DNA from: Spirogloea muscicola | Lineage: Eukaryota | Length of the DNA stretch: 20,000 nucleotides | Assembly (NCBI GenBank): GCA_009602725.1 | Contig: WELB01000027.1 | Location: 890,141 to 910,140 of the forward strand | Direction: 5' to 3' | In this document: in pieces, positions 1-13,139 of the stretch | Numbering within the stretch: the stretch's first letter is position 1 | Layout: the number at the start of each line of letters is the position of its first letter | Notes under the pieces: model-generated | What the model was told of the DNA's origin: nothing | The model's database searches: none | What the model saw: only the letters and a program-made list of their open reading frames with translations | Position numbers and translations under genes: made by a program

Positions 1-130
1 TTTGTGTTAATCTGCGGCCCACGTTGCATCACAGCACTGCCGTAACGTAGTGGTAGTCGCCAGTCTAGTGGGCCACCATTGGCCTGCCTCGCTTGACAGT
101 ACCCTTTCAGCCTGACCTCCGCTGCTCCAG

Positions 131-956
131 AGCCGTGCGCGAGTCGCTTGTGCTGCTCAAGAACGAAAGAAGGGATGGGGGCGGCACACTGTTCCCACTT
201 GTGAGCAAGCGAGGAACGAGGGTGCTGGTGACGGGCTCGCACGCGAATGACATCGGCCTCCAGTGTGGCGGCTGGTCCATCTACTGGCAGGGCCTTCCAG
301 GGCCCATCACTCCCGGTTGGCTCCTCCCACCCTCCTGCTTCTCATCGTGCTGCCCGCGCTCCACGTGCCTGGCTGACTGTCAATCTCCTGTGTGCATACG
401 CTGCCCACTACACGCAGGCAAGACTGTGCTTGATGGCATCACGGCCGTCCTGGATGGAAGTGAGTCGAGGATGAGGCATATGCGGCTCCCGAGGGAGGGT
501 GAGCAAGGAGACCTGGGAATTGTGATCGTTGGTGAGCAGCCGTATGCGGAGTATTTCGGGGACGACCCTAAGCTTGTCTTGGATGCGGCTGCCGAGACAG
601 CCATTCTTGTGGTCTGCCAAGCCATGCCGTGTGTTGTGGTACTCCTCTCGGGGCGGCCGCTGACGGTTGAGCACCTCCTGCCGCATATTGACGTCCTGGT
701 TGCCGCTTGGCTCCCTGGCACCGAGGGCGATGGCATTGCCGAAGTCCTACTTGGTGATGGCCACGACTTCGCAGGCCGCTTGCCAGTGTCATGGTTCCGC
801 AATGTCTCTCAGTTACCAATGTCGGCGGGAAGCGCCCACTACGATCCGCTCTTCCCACTCGGCTTCGGCCTCACCAAGAGCGGTCACCGTCTGCCCATGG
901 AGCCGCTGCTGCTGGCTGACCGAGCTGGTCATGCAGCTCAGCTACTTGTCGTGTAG
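131..956 (+). CDS. Glycoside hydrolase family 3 beta-glucosidase, last two exons (131-315, 418-956); gene starts upstream
   Basis: AVRESLVLLKN, VLVTGSHANDIGLQCGGWSIYWQG, GEQPYAE, VLLSGRPL, AAWLPGTEGDGIAEVL, FAGRLPVSW and YDPLFPLGFGL match the plant GH3 C-terminal domain. GT-AG intron 316-417 removes a non-homologous stretch. Confidence 0.93.
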
Positions 957-1454
957 AAGTCACCGCGGCACTTGGGGTCGGCCTTCTCTGGGGCCAGCTT
1001 GTGCCCGGGCAAGCGTGAGGGGCAGTCTGCTGGGTATGCTGCTCTCTCTGTAAGTTATCAATCAATTTCCTCTGGCTGCGGATTGGTCACCAAGCCCTTG
1101 TTGGGGGTGTTGTTAGGACTGTATTCACGCAGCTCAATCTGCTGATTTGCAAGCTCTCCAGGTCAAGGCAGGCCTCAAGCAGCGCGGCCAAAAAGTCTGG
1201 AGGTAGCTGGATCTTATAAGTGCGTGCAGACTAAAAAAATATCGTCTGTGGACGAGCATCTCTGATCCATGGTCGATGGTCCTTGCCGTGGCCTCATGCC
1301 TAGGTGCACCTAGGCGTCCTGAGCAGTGCTATCTCTTAGCAACTTTCTTGAAGGGCGGCCGCAATATCAAACCCCTTCAAACTCCCTGTTTGTACAGTGG
1401 CCCGGATTGGACTTGAAACTCTATATGCTAGCCGATCACAGCAGTCTTGCTCCT

Positions 1455-2651
1455 TCACGGTGAGAAAGGCACGCCGGCCTCCCTGAGCACCTCCTCGAAC
1501 TTGAAATCAGCGCTGGCCTTATTGAACGTCGTCACATGGCGGTACTTGTTGTCCTCAAGGAAGAAGGCGTGCGCATCCTTGAGCAGCGCCTTTGCCTGCA
1601 GAAGTGACCACATCATGGTCACGACAAGGGATTGATGGCCGTCTGCAAAAACTCTCTTGAGGCCGGTGGTCCAGCTGGCCAGCCAGGGAGTTGCTGCCTC
1701 TTTGTGCACCTCGTCGTCGTTCAGCTTGCTGGGCAGCACGACATCCCCGCGCACGAGTACAAGGCCCTTGGTGTCAGCCAGGTCCTTGTAGTGCGAGACG
1801 GTCATGTACGGCGTCGCTTGCGGGCCCAGCGCTTTGTAGTCCTCGAGGCCCGTGAAGAGCAGGTGCGGCATCTGCGCTACAACACACCCTCGCGCGCTGC
1901 TATGCTTGTTGGTTGTGCATGGCTGGGTGGGCGGCGCAGGCGCCCTTGGGGCAGCCCCTCGAGCGCACAACCAAGAGGGCCGCCAGCCGAGCCCGGGTTA
2001 CCGCACGACGGCACAGCGGGTGAGCATGGGGGGTGGAGAGGGGCGGACCGACCCTGGAGCAGCATGGTGATGAAGCCGCGCTCCTTGCGCACTGGCAGCA
2101 CGAACAGCGGGCTGCAGGCAGCGACGCGCGCGTGAAATGAAGCCTCGGGGTGGCTCGTAGCGTCAAGGCTAAGAAACAGATTGTGAGATGAGTGACGGAG
2201 GGCCTGAGTGGCCAAGTACAAAGGCAAGCACCTTGATGGATGTACATCACCTGCTGCTCAAGACAGGCGAGGTTGCCATTCCAAGTCTCTTACCTCCAGG
2301 ATCCCACGAACAGCCCAAGAGCAGGCCGGGCGCGGCAGCTGCATTTGAGGCTCACCAGCGCGTGGCGCGGTCGGCGAGCGTGGCGAAGAGGCGCGCGGCC
2401 ATGACGGCGCTCACGTGGCCGCGGCCGAGGTGGTAGTCCTGCCAGATGGCCGCAATCTCCTCGGCCGTCTTGCCCGCCACCGCCTCCAGCTTGATGATGG
2501 CGTCCAGGCTCTTGGGCGCCGGCATCGAGAACCCGCTCGCAAACTGCCCGCCGCCCGCGCCCACGGCGCTCCCGCGAGCGGCGCCGCGCGCTCGCCAGGG
2601 GCTTAGCCCGCGCCGCCCGGCGGCCACGGCCAAGGCCGCGGCGGCCGCCAT
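1455..2651 (-). CDS. ATP11: Mitochondrial F1-ATPase assembly factor ATP11; exons 2651-2356, 2111-2053, 1876-1710, 1595-1455
   Basis: Ala/Arg-rich transit-like N-terminus, then PKSLDAIIKLE..IWQDYHLGRGHVSA / CPLFVLPVRKERGFITMLLQ / AQMPHLLFTGLEDYK..DLADTKGLVLVRGDVV / VTTFNK..DFKFEEVL. All four exons join in frame via GT-AG sites. Confidence 0.9.
2195..2270 (-). repeat. Isolated retroelement 3'-UTR fragment (A-type tail) inside ATP11 intron 1
   Basis: GGCCAAGTACAAAGGCAAGCAC...ATGTACATCACCTGCTGCT matches 2691-2740 and is similar to 9773-9795 and to the reverse complement of 7705-7755. Confidence 0.75.
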
Positions 2652-2657
2652 GAAAAT

Positions 2658-3200
2658 GCGTGTATATTAAGAGATGGGGAGGCCGTGTGTGGCCAAGTAC
2701 AAAGGCAAGCACATTGGACAAATGTACGTCACCTGCTGCTAAGCTGACCCGCTCAGTAACCACGAGTCAGCACATAGAGGTCGCTAGCTGACGCTCGAAT
2801 ACCGGACGGCAATTGACTAGCTCTTGTGCCAGCAGCTAAGGCTCGACCAGCTTTCTGATGCAGAGCACACGCCTGAGCTCGTTGCAGACAGGTTGACACT
2901 CGACGTCGCAGAAATGACAGATAGGCTGCCGGCATACCCATCTGGGCTGGGAGCATATCCTGAGTCTGGGATATGCACGACGCATAAACTCCTCGCGTCG
3001 TGCATATCCCAGACTCGCTATGTTCTCGAGTAGGGTATGGAAGCGAGGACCCAAGCAGCCGAAAGTGTCGATTGCGGCCGGGAGGAGGTGGTCACTGCGG
3101 GGGTAGTCTGAGTAGTGTCGGAGCCCATGGGGGCAGCCTGGCGAGCCCAGCCCCTCCGCACTGTGGGTAGCCCCGTCGAGCGCACGCTGTAGGGGAGTCG
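2658..3200 (-). mobile_element. Copy A: degenerate 5'-truncated CRE-like RLE retrotransposon (stop at 2753 plus 3' UTR)
   Basis: Translates, with frameshifts, as RHYSDYPRSDHLLPAAIDTFGCLGPRFHTLLENIA ... RRRVSTCLQRAQACALHQKAGRALAA ... SDLYVLTRGY*. Confidence 0.75.
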
Positions 3201-3374
3201 TCTAAAGGTGCGCGTGAGATGAATGGGTGGCCAGTATGAGCCATTCGGGCACTGCTCAGGCAAAAGCTAGAGCAGCGTGTGGGGCTACATGGGCCTAGAA
3301 GCAAGCACCTACGGAGGGCTGGCTTGGGCTTGCGCTTTTCACAGCCCCCGCCCCCTATGCCTTCCTCTTTTACA

Positions 3375-3630
3375 AGAATGCGGCTGCTGATATTAAAGAT
3401 TCGGCTGTAAACTGCCAGCCAGATGCATGCAGGTGTTCATGACGGAGCCAAAGGCTAGGCAGACAGGGCGCCCTCAATACCCCCGTGTCAGCCGTAGGAA
3501 GTCAGATGTGCTGAGGGGAGGAAGAGCAACCCCGCTGCGCAAATCAGAGGCTGCTGCAAGGTCGCGACCAGCCCGGCGATGCAAAGCCATCGCCTGGGAC
3601 CGCTGTAGGCACATTCTCTTTGAAGAGAGA
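3375..3630 (-). mobile_element. Copy B: 3' end of RLE element (stop at 3474 plus 3' UTR)
   Basis: CLQRSQAMALHRRAGRDLAAASDLRSGVALPPLSTSDFLRLTRGY*. Closely similar in inverted orientation to 7200-7440, and its UTR matches 9534-9620. Confidence 0.8.
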
Positions 3631-4335
3631 CGCTTCCAGTAGAGGGCGATGGCTGTAAGTGGCCAGCCTAGAAAATAGAAAGGAAAAGAACGCATTCACT
3701 TCCCTTGTTGGAAGAGCTTGTTTTTCCACTGCAAAGGTCATTGGCATACGCGCTTCACCGGCGTGCTGGTCGTGCTTTGGCTGCAGCCTCTGGCGATAAA
3801 CAGGTGACTGATCCCAGAGACAAGTTTCTCTGACCTGCGGCTGCTCAACAGGCGCGCTTTCTCTCAACAGGGTATATTGAGCACACAGGGGCCAATTTGA
3901 GTCTCTGTCAAGGCCAGCCACTGTCCAGTAAAGTAGGCACTCTGCCACTTCTTGCAGCGCATGATTCCATGAGGTGCCTCCTCGGCGTTTACACGGGCAC
4001 ACTCTTGCAATTACGCACGCCGCATTGAACACTCTACCGACCTTCAGATGGAACACCTCAGCAACTAAAACCTGCCCTCAATTAGAGATGTAGCAGTCGG
4101 AGGAGCAACATGGTGCTCGCATTGACAAGGCCAATGACCACCATCAGCTGCCAGCTAGAATGCAAGGGGGGACTTAGTGCCACCTCCATTACCACTTTTG
4201 TGGTGTCCAGCAGCAGTAGGCTCATCACACTTGGCAAACACCAGGCAAGATATGCCCAACCATTGTGAACTAGTGGGTCAGTGTATGTACAGCAAACAAT
4301 GCCAGGTGACATTGGTCTGCGTGAACCGTGTCCGC

Positions 4336-6369
<2,034 letters not shown>

Positions 6370-6795
6370 TAGCACGGCCAGCCCGCGCGTGGACCGCATG
6401 AGCCAAAGAGCGCTGCAGCGAGACCGCCAGCCTCATCCGAAAGACCTGCGAGAGGGAGCCGGCAGCATTGAAGCCTGGCGAACCCTGCCGCCGCTCGATG
6501 GCCTCCCGGGCAAGCCGCTGGAGGAGATCCAACCAGCCACTGCCAAATGCGCCGTGTACGTCAATGGCCAGTGCCGCGAAGGCATCGCCTGGAGGGTGGT
6601 CAGAGTACTTGCGCTCCTTACTCCGAGCCGCCAGAGCGACCGCGTGCCCGACGAGCGTCGCGGACCTCGCGGGTTGGCCGAATCAACGCACTCGGCAGTT
6701 ACCACATCAGCGATGATGCGCGGACCTCCTCCGGGCGGGATGGCAACGAGGTCCGCGCCGGCGGGTGTGAAGCTGTCCATCGGCGCCCCGCAGGA
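6370..6795 (-). mobile_element. Copy C: RLE element fragment, 3' end runs into the gap
   Basis: LRGADGQLHTRR/ADLVAIPPGGGPRIIADVVTAECVDS ... LLQRLAREAIERR..FNAAGSLSQVFRMRLAVSLQRSLAHAVHARAGRA. Same subfamily as 14570-14930. Confidence 0.85.
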
Positions 6796-6796
6796 T

Positions 6797-7640
6797 GGAG
6801 AGCACCGGGGTGATGCCCGTCCCAACTCCGCAACGGGGTCCCTCGGACGAGGCGTGTCGATCTGGTTGGCGTCCCCCTGGGAGGTGGCAAGCGGCTCCTC
6901 ATGGACGTCGTCCTAACCGACAGCTTCCGGACGAAGGGCCCCATTACTTCTGAGACCGGCTATGCCGTGAAGGTGGCCGAACAGAAGAAGTTGCACAAGT
7001 ACAAGGACCACCCGGCGGGTGATACCTTTCTCCCCCTGGTCATGGACATCCATGGGTGTTACGGGAGTTGGTGGTCCTCGTTCTGCTGCTGGCCTCTCAA
7101 GCTGATCAGCGGCGCCGGAAACAGGGTGCAGCCCTCCCTCGGTGCCTCGGTGGCTCGGTGCCTTTGGGTCTTGTTTCCTGCTACCGAATGCGTTCATCTA
7201 TATGCCTGCAGCGGTACCAGGCGACTGCTTTGCATTGCCGAGGCTGGTCGCGCCCTTGCAGCAGCCTCTGGTTTGCGCAGCGGGGTTGCTCTTCCTCCCC
7301 TCAGCTCATCTGACTTCCTACTGCTGACAGGGGGTATTAAGGGCGCCCTGTCTGCCTAGCCTTTGGCTCCGTCATGAACACCTGCATGCATCTGGCTGGC
7401 AATTTACAGCCGATTCTTTATTATCAGCAGCCGCATTCGCTCATCTGAATTCCTACTGCTGCCACAGGGGTGCTAAGAGCGCCCTGGCTGCCTAGCCTGT
7501 GGCTCCGTCATGAATACCTGTATGCATCTGGCTGGCTTTCACAGCCGCTCTTCTAAGATCAGCGGCCGCTTTCTTCTTCTTTTATTCTTCTTGTCCAACT
7601 TGTCTGGGCTGGCTTTTTACAGCCCTTGCCCCCTTCTGCC
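6797..7640 (+). mobile_element. Copy D: RLE element fragment (stop ~7338) with tandemly duplicated 3' end (~7305-7438 / ~7439-7572)
   Basis: ESTGVMP..RRVDLVGVPLGGGKRLLMDVVLTD..GYAVKVAEQKKLHKYKDHPAGDTFLPLVMDIHGCYG ... AGRALAAASGLRSGVALPPLSSSDFLLLT. The 3' UTR is repeated twice. Confidence 0.85.
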
Positions 7641-7644
7641 GTCT

Positions 7645-7765
7645 AGTATCCAGGCTTCGAGTAGCGACATTTGTGTTGACCCGTGGTTCCTGAGCGGGTC
7701 AATTAGCAGTTGGTAATGTACGTCATCAGATGTGCCTGCCGTTGTACTTGGACAATTTGGCCTTC
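7645..7765 (+). mobile_element. Copy E: short A-type 3' terminal fragment
   Basis: AGCGACATTTGTGTTGACCCGTGGTTCCTGAGCGGGTCAATTAGCAG..GTGCCTGCCGTTGTACTTGG aligns with the reverse complement of 2690-2800. Confidence 0.7.
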
Positions 7766-8444
7766 CATCCGCTCGATGCACGCAAGTCTTTCTTTGTAAT
7801 CTCTTGCATAGGCGCCCTTTTCTGGGCATTCTTTCTTGCCTAGGGGCGAGGCTTCTGATAGACCAGCCCGCAAGAGACTGAACCAGCCCCAGTGGAGCCG
7901 GAAAGCGTGGAGCACTGCGGGTGCCTGCTTAGCCACCCCTTGGTCTGCAGCCGCAAGTCGCAGAAACTAGCAGCAGAAAACAAACAGCTTTTCCACAGCT
8001 GTTTTTTAATCTAATGTAAGGCACTGGCTGTGAGATGCCAGCCTAACGGAATATACAAGGATTCAGGAGAGAGCTTGCACTGCCGAAAGGGTTAGGCGGC
8101 AGCCAGGGTATGACTAGCACGTAGAAGCAAGGCATGTGCCAGGGAACGCTGCAGGGAAATGTACAGCCGCTTTGGATACACCAGGGTCTGAGAGCCTGCA
8201 GCGTTGAGGTCTGCATGCTACCCATGACGACGTTGGTACGCTGCACGTCTTGCAAGAGGGTGCAAGAGGTCAAGCGACCCAGCTTTAAAAGCCCCGTTGG
8301 GGTCGATGTCTGCATGAATTGCAAGGGCAGTCAATTAAAGCCAATTGCACTGTCCAGGCAAAAGAAATTGGCTTTCCCAAAGGGGGCAAGGGCTGTGAAC
8401 AGCCAGCTTGAAAAGATTTGTAAGTTCCGAAGGGGCTCATTCGC

Positions 8445-9210
8445 TGTATGACGCCGTTGGGGTGCCAGACGAGACCTTCCGCACGACCGTCCATCGCCTC
8501 TTGAGACTTCCCCCGCCCTGTCTTCAAGGAGTGCTGCAGTGCGCGTGCGGACAATGGACGACGGATGAACTGGAATTGGCGGCACACGTCCTCCGCTGTG
8601 CAAATGAACGCAAGCAAACGGCTCCCTATGACCTCCTCAGGGTTGCCCTGTTCGGCAATTTCCTGGAGGCAGGGGATACGGTGGCGACCGAGAACACGTC
8701 CATCATGCCCTGCGAAAGGCTCATGGCTCAATACTCGGCAGGTCGACCTGGTGGCCACCATGCCAGGCGGTGGCCCCCGAGTCATTGCCGACGTGGTCAC
8801 TACAGTTATGGTTAACCGCTCCAATCCGGGGCTCTCTGCCTCAAAGGCTGGAAATGCAGCTGCAATTACCGCTCGTGGCAAAGAGGCTTGGTCCGTGGAC
8901 CACCCGGAAGGATACGATTTCGTCCCACTGGCCGTCGATGTGCACGGGGCTTTCGGGCCTCAGTGGCTAGACCTGTTGACCCTCCTTGCGCGACACGCTG
9001 AGGCTTGCAGGCGAGGCGAGCAGACTGACTTCACTGCCGCTGGCTCGCAAGAGCGTATTTTGCAAGTGATTCGCATGCGCCTGTCCATATCACTCCAGCA
9101 GCCCACGCCTTGCATCTGCGACCGTGCTTAGCTGCAGCCTTTGGCTTTCATCAAGGCTATCTGGCGGCTAGTCTGTCTGACTTGCGGCTCTTACTAGAGG
9201 CTACTGGTGA
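8445..9210 (+). mobile_element. Copy F: longest uninterrupted fragment, CCHC zinc finger plus RLE domain, frameshifted
   Basis: PDETFRTTVHRLLRLP..CACG..ELAAHVLRC..YDLLR..EAG..ENTSIMP / RQVDLVATMPGGGPRVIADVVT..DHPEGYDFVPLAVDVHGAFGPQWLDLLTLLAR..RMRLSISLQ. This is the C-terminal architecture of CRE-type non-LTR elements. Confidence 0.85.
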
Positions 9211-9229
9211 TCATTCTACCGGGAAACCT

Positions 9230-9880
9230 TTGGGAAGGCAAGAGCTAGTGCAAAAGTGAGGCTACATGGATTGAAGCCATATGTTAAGGTGATGTGTGAC
9301 GCTACTACCCGCGAGTGAGCAACATATAAACACGAAAGGCTAACTTGAGGAGCTGGAGCGCTGCCACCGAAGCGAGTGACCTGTCTTAGAGTGCACCCTG
9401 CACGCTGCTACATTGCTAGAGCATGTGAGAGCTGCAAAGTAGGTGCGAGCCACATTCCGTAACATGCAACAGAGGTGGTCTCCTCGGGAGAAGTGCGCGC
9501 CCATAGAGAATAGGGCCGAATGGCGCAAAAATGGAATGCGGCTGCTGATATTGAAGAACCGGCTGTGAACTGCCAACCAGATGCATACAGGTATTCATGA
9601 CGGAGCCAAAGGCTAGGCAGAAAAATGGGGAGAGGGAGAGCAGAGGGGGCGGGGAGAGATGGCTCGCTCGTAGAAAAAGAGGGGCCAGCAAAGCCAGCCC
9701 AGAAAAGCCCATAAAAAACCGGGGTTGGGAAAGGCAGCCCTCGGGTGTATTAGGAACAAATGTAGGCCAAAAGGCCAAGTATAAAGGCAAGCACATCTCA
9801 AGATCTACATAAGTTACAGCAGATTGACACGCTCAATAACCACAGGTGAGAAAGAAGGGCACTAATCGATGCATGCATAA
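9230..9880 (-). mobile_element. Stack of minus-strand 3' fragments: G (~9230-9470, stop ~9302), B-type tail (~9483-9622), H (~9655-9880, stop 9833)
   Basis: 9310-9395 matches 13495-13580; 9534-9620 matches 3375-3460; 9770-9845 matches 2690-2765. Confidence 0.75.
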
Positions 9881-9944
9881 TAGATGCCAGAGAAGGAGCC
9901 AATCTGCCACGGAGGTAGTTCTTGTAATGGCTCTCCATTTTCGC

Positions 9945-10130
9945 ACGGCGATGGTCGTCACCTGCGGGTATTGAGCTTCCTGTGGTTTCGTCTTGTCTAG
10001 TTGTCTAGATGGCTAGCTGTTTGTTTGTTTCACTTCTTTTCGGCACCTGTTGTAGCTCTTTGCATTTGTCCGATCTTTTTGGCTGGCTCCTGCCAGCCCC
10101 TCTTTTCTATGGGCGAGCTCTTTCTTCCTG
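9945..10130 (+). mobile_element. Copy I: 3' terminal fragment (TCGY* at 9972) with complete 3' UTR and terminal hairpin
   Basis: GCGGGTATTGAGCTT..TGTCTAGTTGTCTAGATG..GGCTGGCTCCTGCCAGCC..TGGGCGAG is a close inverted match to 13140-13320. Confidence 0.8.
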
Positions 10131-10337
10131 ATGGTCGTTGCCCAGCCCGACACAGCTGACGAAAACCTTCCAATTTAGCGTGCATCAATTGCAATATCGC
10201 GGAAGCAGGCGAAGCCTGCAGCTCTAAAGTGCGCGACGGGCATCGCCTTCAGCTCCGATATGCGCGACGAGCATCGGAGAGAACACCACGACCGGCAAGT
10301 TACCTGTTACCAATTCAAAAGTCACGGACCTGGCTAC

Positions 10338-10409
10338 TGCCGAAAGAGTGGATCGAACACTCGACCTTCTGTTTACAAGACAGATGCTCTACCACTGAGC
10401 TATTCCGGC
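10338..10409 (-). tRNA. trnT-UGU: tRNA-Thr(UGU), 72 nt, intronless
   Basis: Reverse complement GCCGGAA TA GCTC AGTGGTA GAGC A TCTGT CTTGTAA ACAGA AGGTC GAGTG TTCGATC CACTC TTTCGGC A folds as a full cloverleaf with anticodon TGT. A TTTT run (candidate Pol III terminator) lies at 10320-10317. Confidence 0.96.
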
Positions 10410-10672
10410 GGCAGCGACACCACATGGCTGCCTGACGCTAATATCACGGAAAGTCTGGCATGCGGGTTTTTTGGGACTTATTTCGCGATCGCGACAAGAC
10501 GGGATACATAGGACTAGGATGTTGGAAGGTAACAAATATGCAAACGACAGGATGCATCTTGGTCAGGATGATGATGAAGTTTTACATCTGAAGACAGTAT
10601 AAGGTGTCAATATGACTAAAAGGTTGATCAAAAATTGACTCGGCAATCTTAATGAAAGTTCCTCTATATCTG

Positions 10673-12947
10673 TCACTTATTGGCACCCTGAAAATTGACG
10701 GGCTCATCCGCCACCGTCTCCACAGCCCTGCCACAATAAGCTCCCTCATAGACTGCCGAGAAGTCCTTGTTGCCCAGCCCCTCCTTGCACATCCGCTTGT
10801 ACCTGCCGCCTGGTACAACTTTAGCATGGGCAAATAAAGGACCCACACACAGATGATAAAGCTTGTAGGAGTGTCCTTAGCAGTCCCTGTGACGTGTGTG
10901 CTTGGCTGGCGGCATTGTGCATTCATTGGCATACATTAGAAGGGGGGGAGCGGGGGAGGCGGGGCCGAGGTTTGGATCTGCTGTGAGAGTTGGTTAAATA
11001 GCTCACAATTCGAGGGCTTGGGTTGCAAGTGGCAGAGGCGACCCAGCACCCCCCGCAGCCTCCATAACAAGGGCGAGGTCCTTAGCCTGCCAGCCATAAG
11101 TGCAAGGCGGACTGAGAAAGGACACATGATTACTGACACACAGATGGCAACCACTGGGTGTGAAGAGGAGCAGCAACAGACACACCGAGTAGATGAGGAA
11201 GAGCACACCATCAGATGAGTAGCAAAGCCGCCTTCATAGCCGTGAGATGCTGGCACGTCTTTCATCACTCCAGGTACAGGGTTGTAGGTGTCACTGGAAG
11301 CAACAACCGTCTTCCACAAGAATCTCACATTGCAGATCTCAAGCACCAGCACAACCAGTCAATGCTCCACAAGCGGCAACTGTAGTGCATGCCAGAGCCG
11401 TCCCTGGGAGAAGGAAGTCACAGATGCTCGCCAGGTCCTACCTGCTCCAGCACCGTGCTGACGATGTGTTGAATATATGCGCAAGTAGTTGAAGGTCAAG
11501 CCCGAGCTTCTGGCCCAGTGCCATGGCCTCGGCCACTGCCGCCATTTGCACGCCCAGCGCAGCATTGTTGCAGAGCTTGGCGGCCTGAGCAAGGATGCCA
11601 AGTGGGCCAGTCAGAGTCGCCACCGGCTCAGCTTGGTCCGGCAGCTGACTATAGCAGCAACAGAAGTGCGGGCCACCACATTCAGGTCATCGTCATAGTG
11701 AGCATGCACGTTGCCGTGGCACAGGAAATAGGGACTGGCGGAGCTACAGGGAATAGGGACTGACAGCTCCGCTTGAGGTGCGCCCGCAATGGAGGACGCG
11801 TTGCCCCATGCAGAGCAGCACAGTGCGGGCCGAGTTGACGCCCTCAACAGAGCCGCCAACCTTTTGCGCCACACGGCGGCCTGTTCAGACTGAGACTGCC
11901 TGTTTTCCACGTGCAGCCGAAAACAATTACCCCTGCATTTGCAAGGGATGCTTCAAGGCGTCTTTCTCACATAGCATCGCGTGGCACCTTGCGTGTTCAT
12001 AAGCATTGCTTGAGTTAATGATGCAAATCAACTCTTTGTGCACAGGGGCCGCGGTGGGTACCATGAAGGTGAGCGTGGCAGCCTCGGCACCTCCTACTCC
12101 ACCAGAGACTGGAGCATCCAGCAACACAGGCTTGCCGTCCCAACCTACAGCTTCTAAGCGTGCAAGGCTAGAAGCGACTGTGAGAACGGCATGTAGCTTA
12201 CGAGAGGCTCGCGAGTACCCGTAAGTAGGGAAGGCTCTTGGGGCGCGTACTCGAGTCCGCCAAGAGGTTGCACTGGCTGGCCATGGCGGCCAACATGTGG
12301 CAGGTACTTGGCCCCACGGTTGAGGCATCAATTAGCAGGCCGGGCCGCAGCGGCGAGGCTGTCTGCAGCAGCTGCCGATAGACGGCCACCACCTGAGTTT
12401 CTCACGAAGGCCAACCTCGCGGGCTCTCAGGCCGCCTGCACCAGCTGGTGGCCACCGGCTGCTGCCAGCTCGGAAGCGGCGAACTCGGGGGGAAATGTTG
12501 GAGACCTGTGCTGCAGAAGGCAGCATTGTGATGATGACGTCGCTGTGCTCGGCCACCGCGGCCGGGGACTCGGCGGCCCGGGCACCCTTGTCGCGCAGGG
12601 CGTCCATGGCCCTCGGGTTGCTGCACGGCAGCTCGCCCGAGAGCAGGCAGCGCCGGGGGAGCAGGCGGGAGCAGGTGACTCGACGGCCGGCGAGCGGAAG
12701 CAGCCAGGCCAGGCAGCAGGCAACGGGAGCGGCTGGGAAGGCGACGGGCGAGGCACCAGTCGTGCACGGTGAGGGGCCAGCCGGCAGCGAGGAGGTTGGC
12801 GGCCATGCGGGAGCCCATGTTGCCCAGGCCGACGAAGCCCAGCGGCGTGGCGGGCGCAGGCGCANCAGGCGAGTGGGAGGCGCGGGCAAAGGCAGGGGGC
12901 GGGCGCCGGCGCGGCAGCAGGAGGCGGCGCGCGGCAGCTGGCGCCAT
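10673..12947 (-). CDS. HIBADH: Mitochondrial 3-hydroxyisobutyrate dehydrogenase, multi-exon (about 9 exons)
   Basis: [94 protein letters not shown] and KDFSAVY. ATG at 12947, TGA at 10673. Confidence 0.93.
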
Positions 12948-13139
12948 GGCGCGCGCTCCCCCGGGCGCCGGCCGGCAGCCTGGCGTGAGCGAGGACAGCC
13001 CGCCCGAGTTGGCCTGCAACCGTAGCCACGCCAGCGGCCTCGTCTTCTTCGCCGCTCCCGCGGCCACCTTGTCCACCTGTTCTGGGCTGGGCTTACCCAT
13101 GAGCTCACCGTTTCTTTGTTCCTTTTCCGTTGCCCTACA

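Noticed and set aside
1298..1315. Perfect 18-bp palindrome GCCTAGGTGCACCTAGGC between convergent genes
   Set aside because: A single occurrence, not far from chance expectation in 20 kb.
10125..10170. Hammerhead-like CTGACGA/GAAA words
   Set aside because: The required three stems could not be formed.
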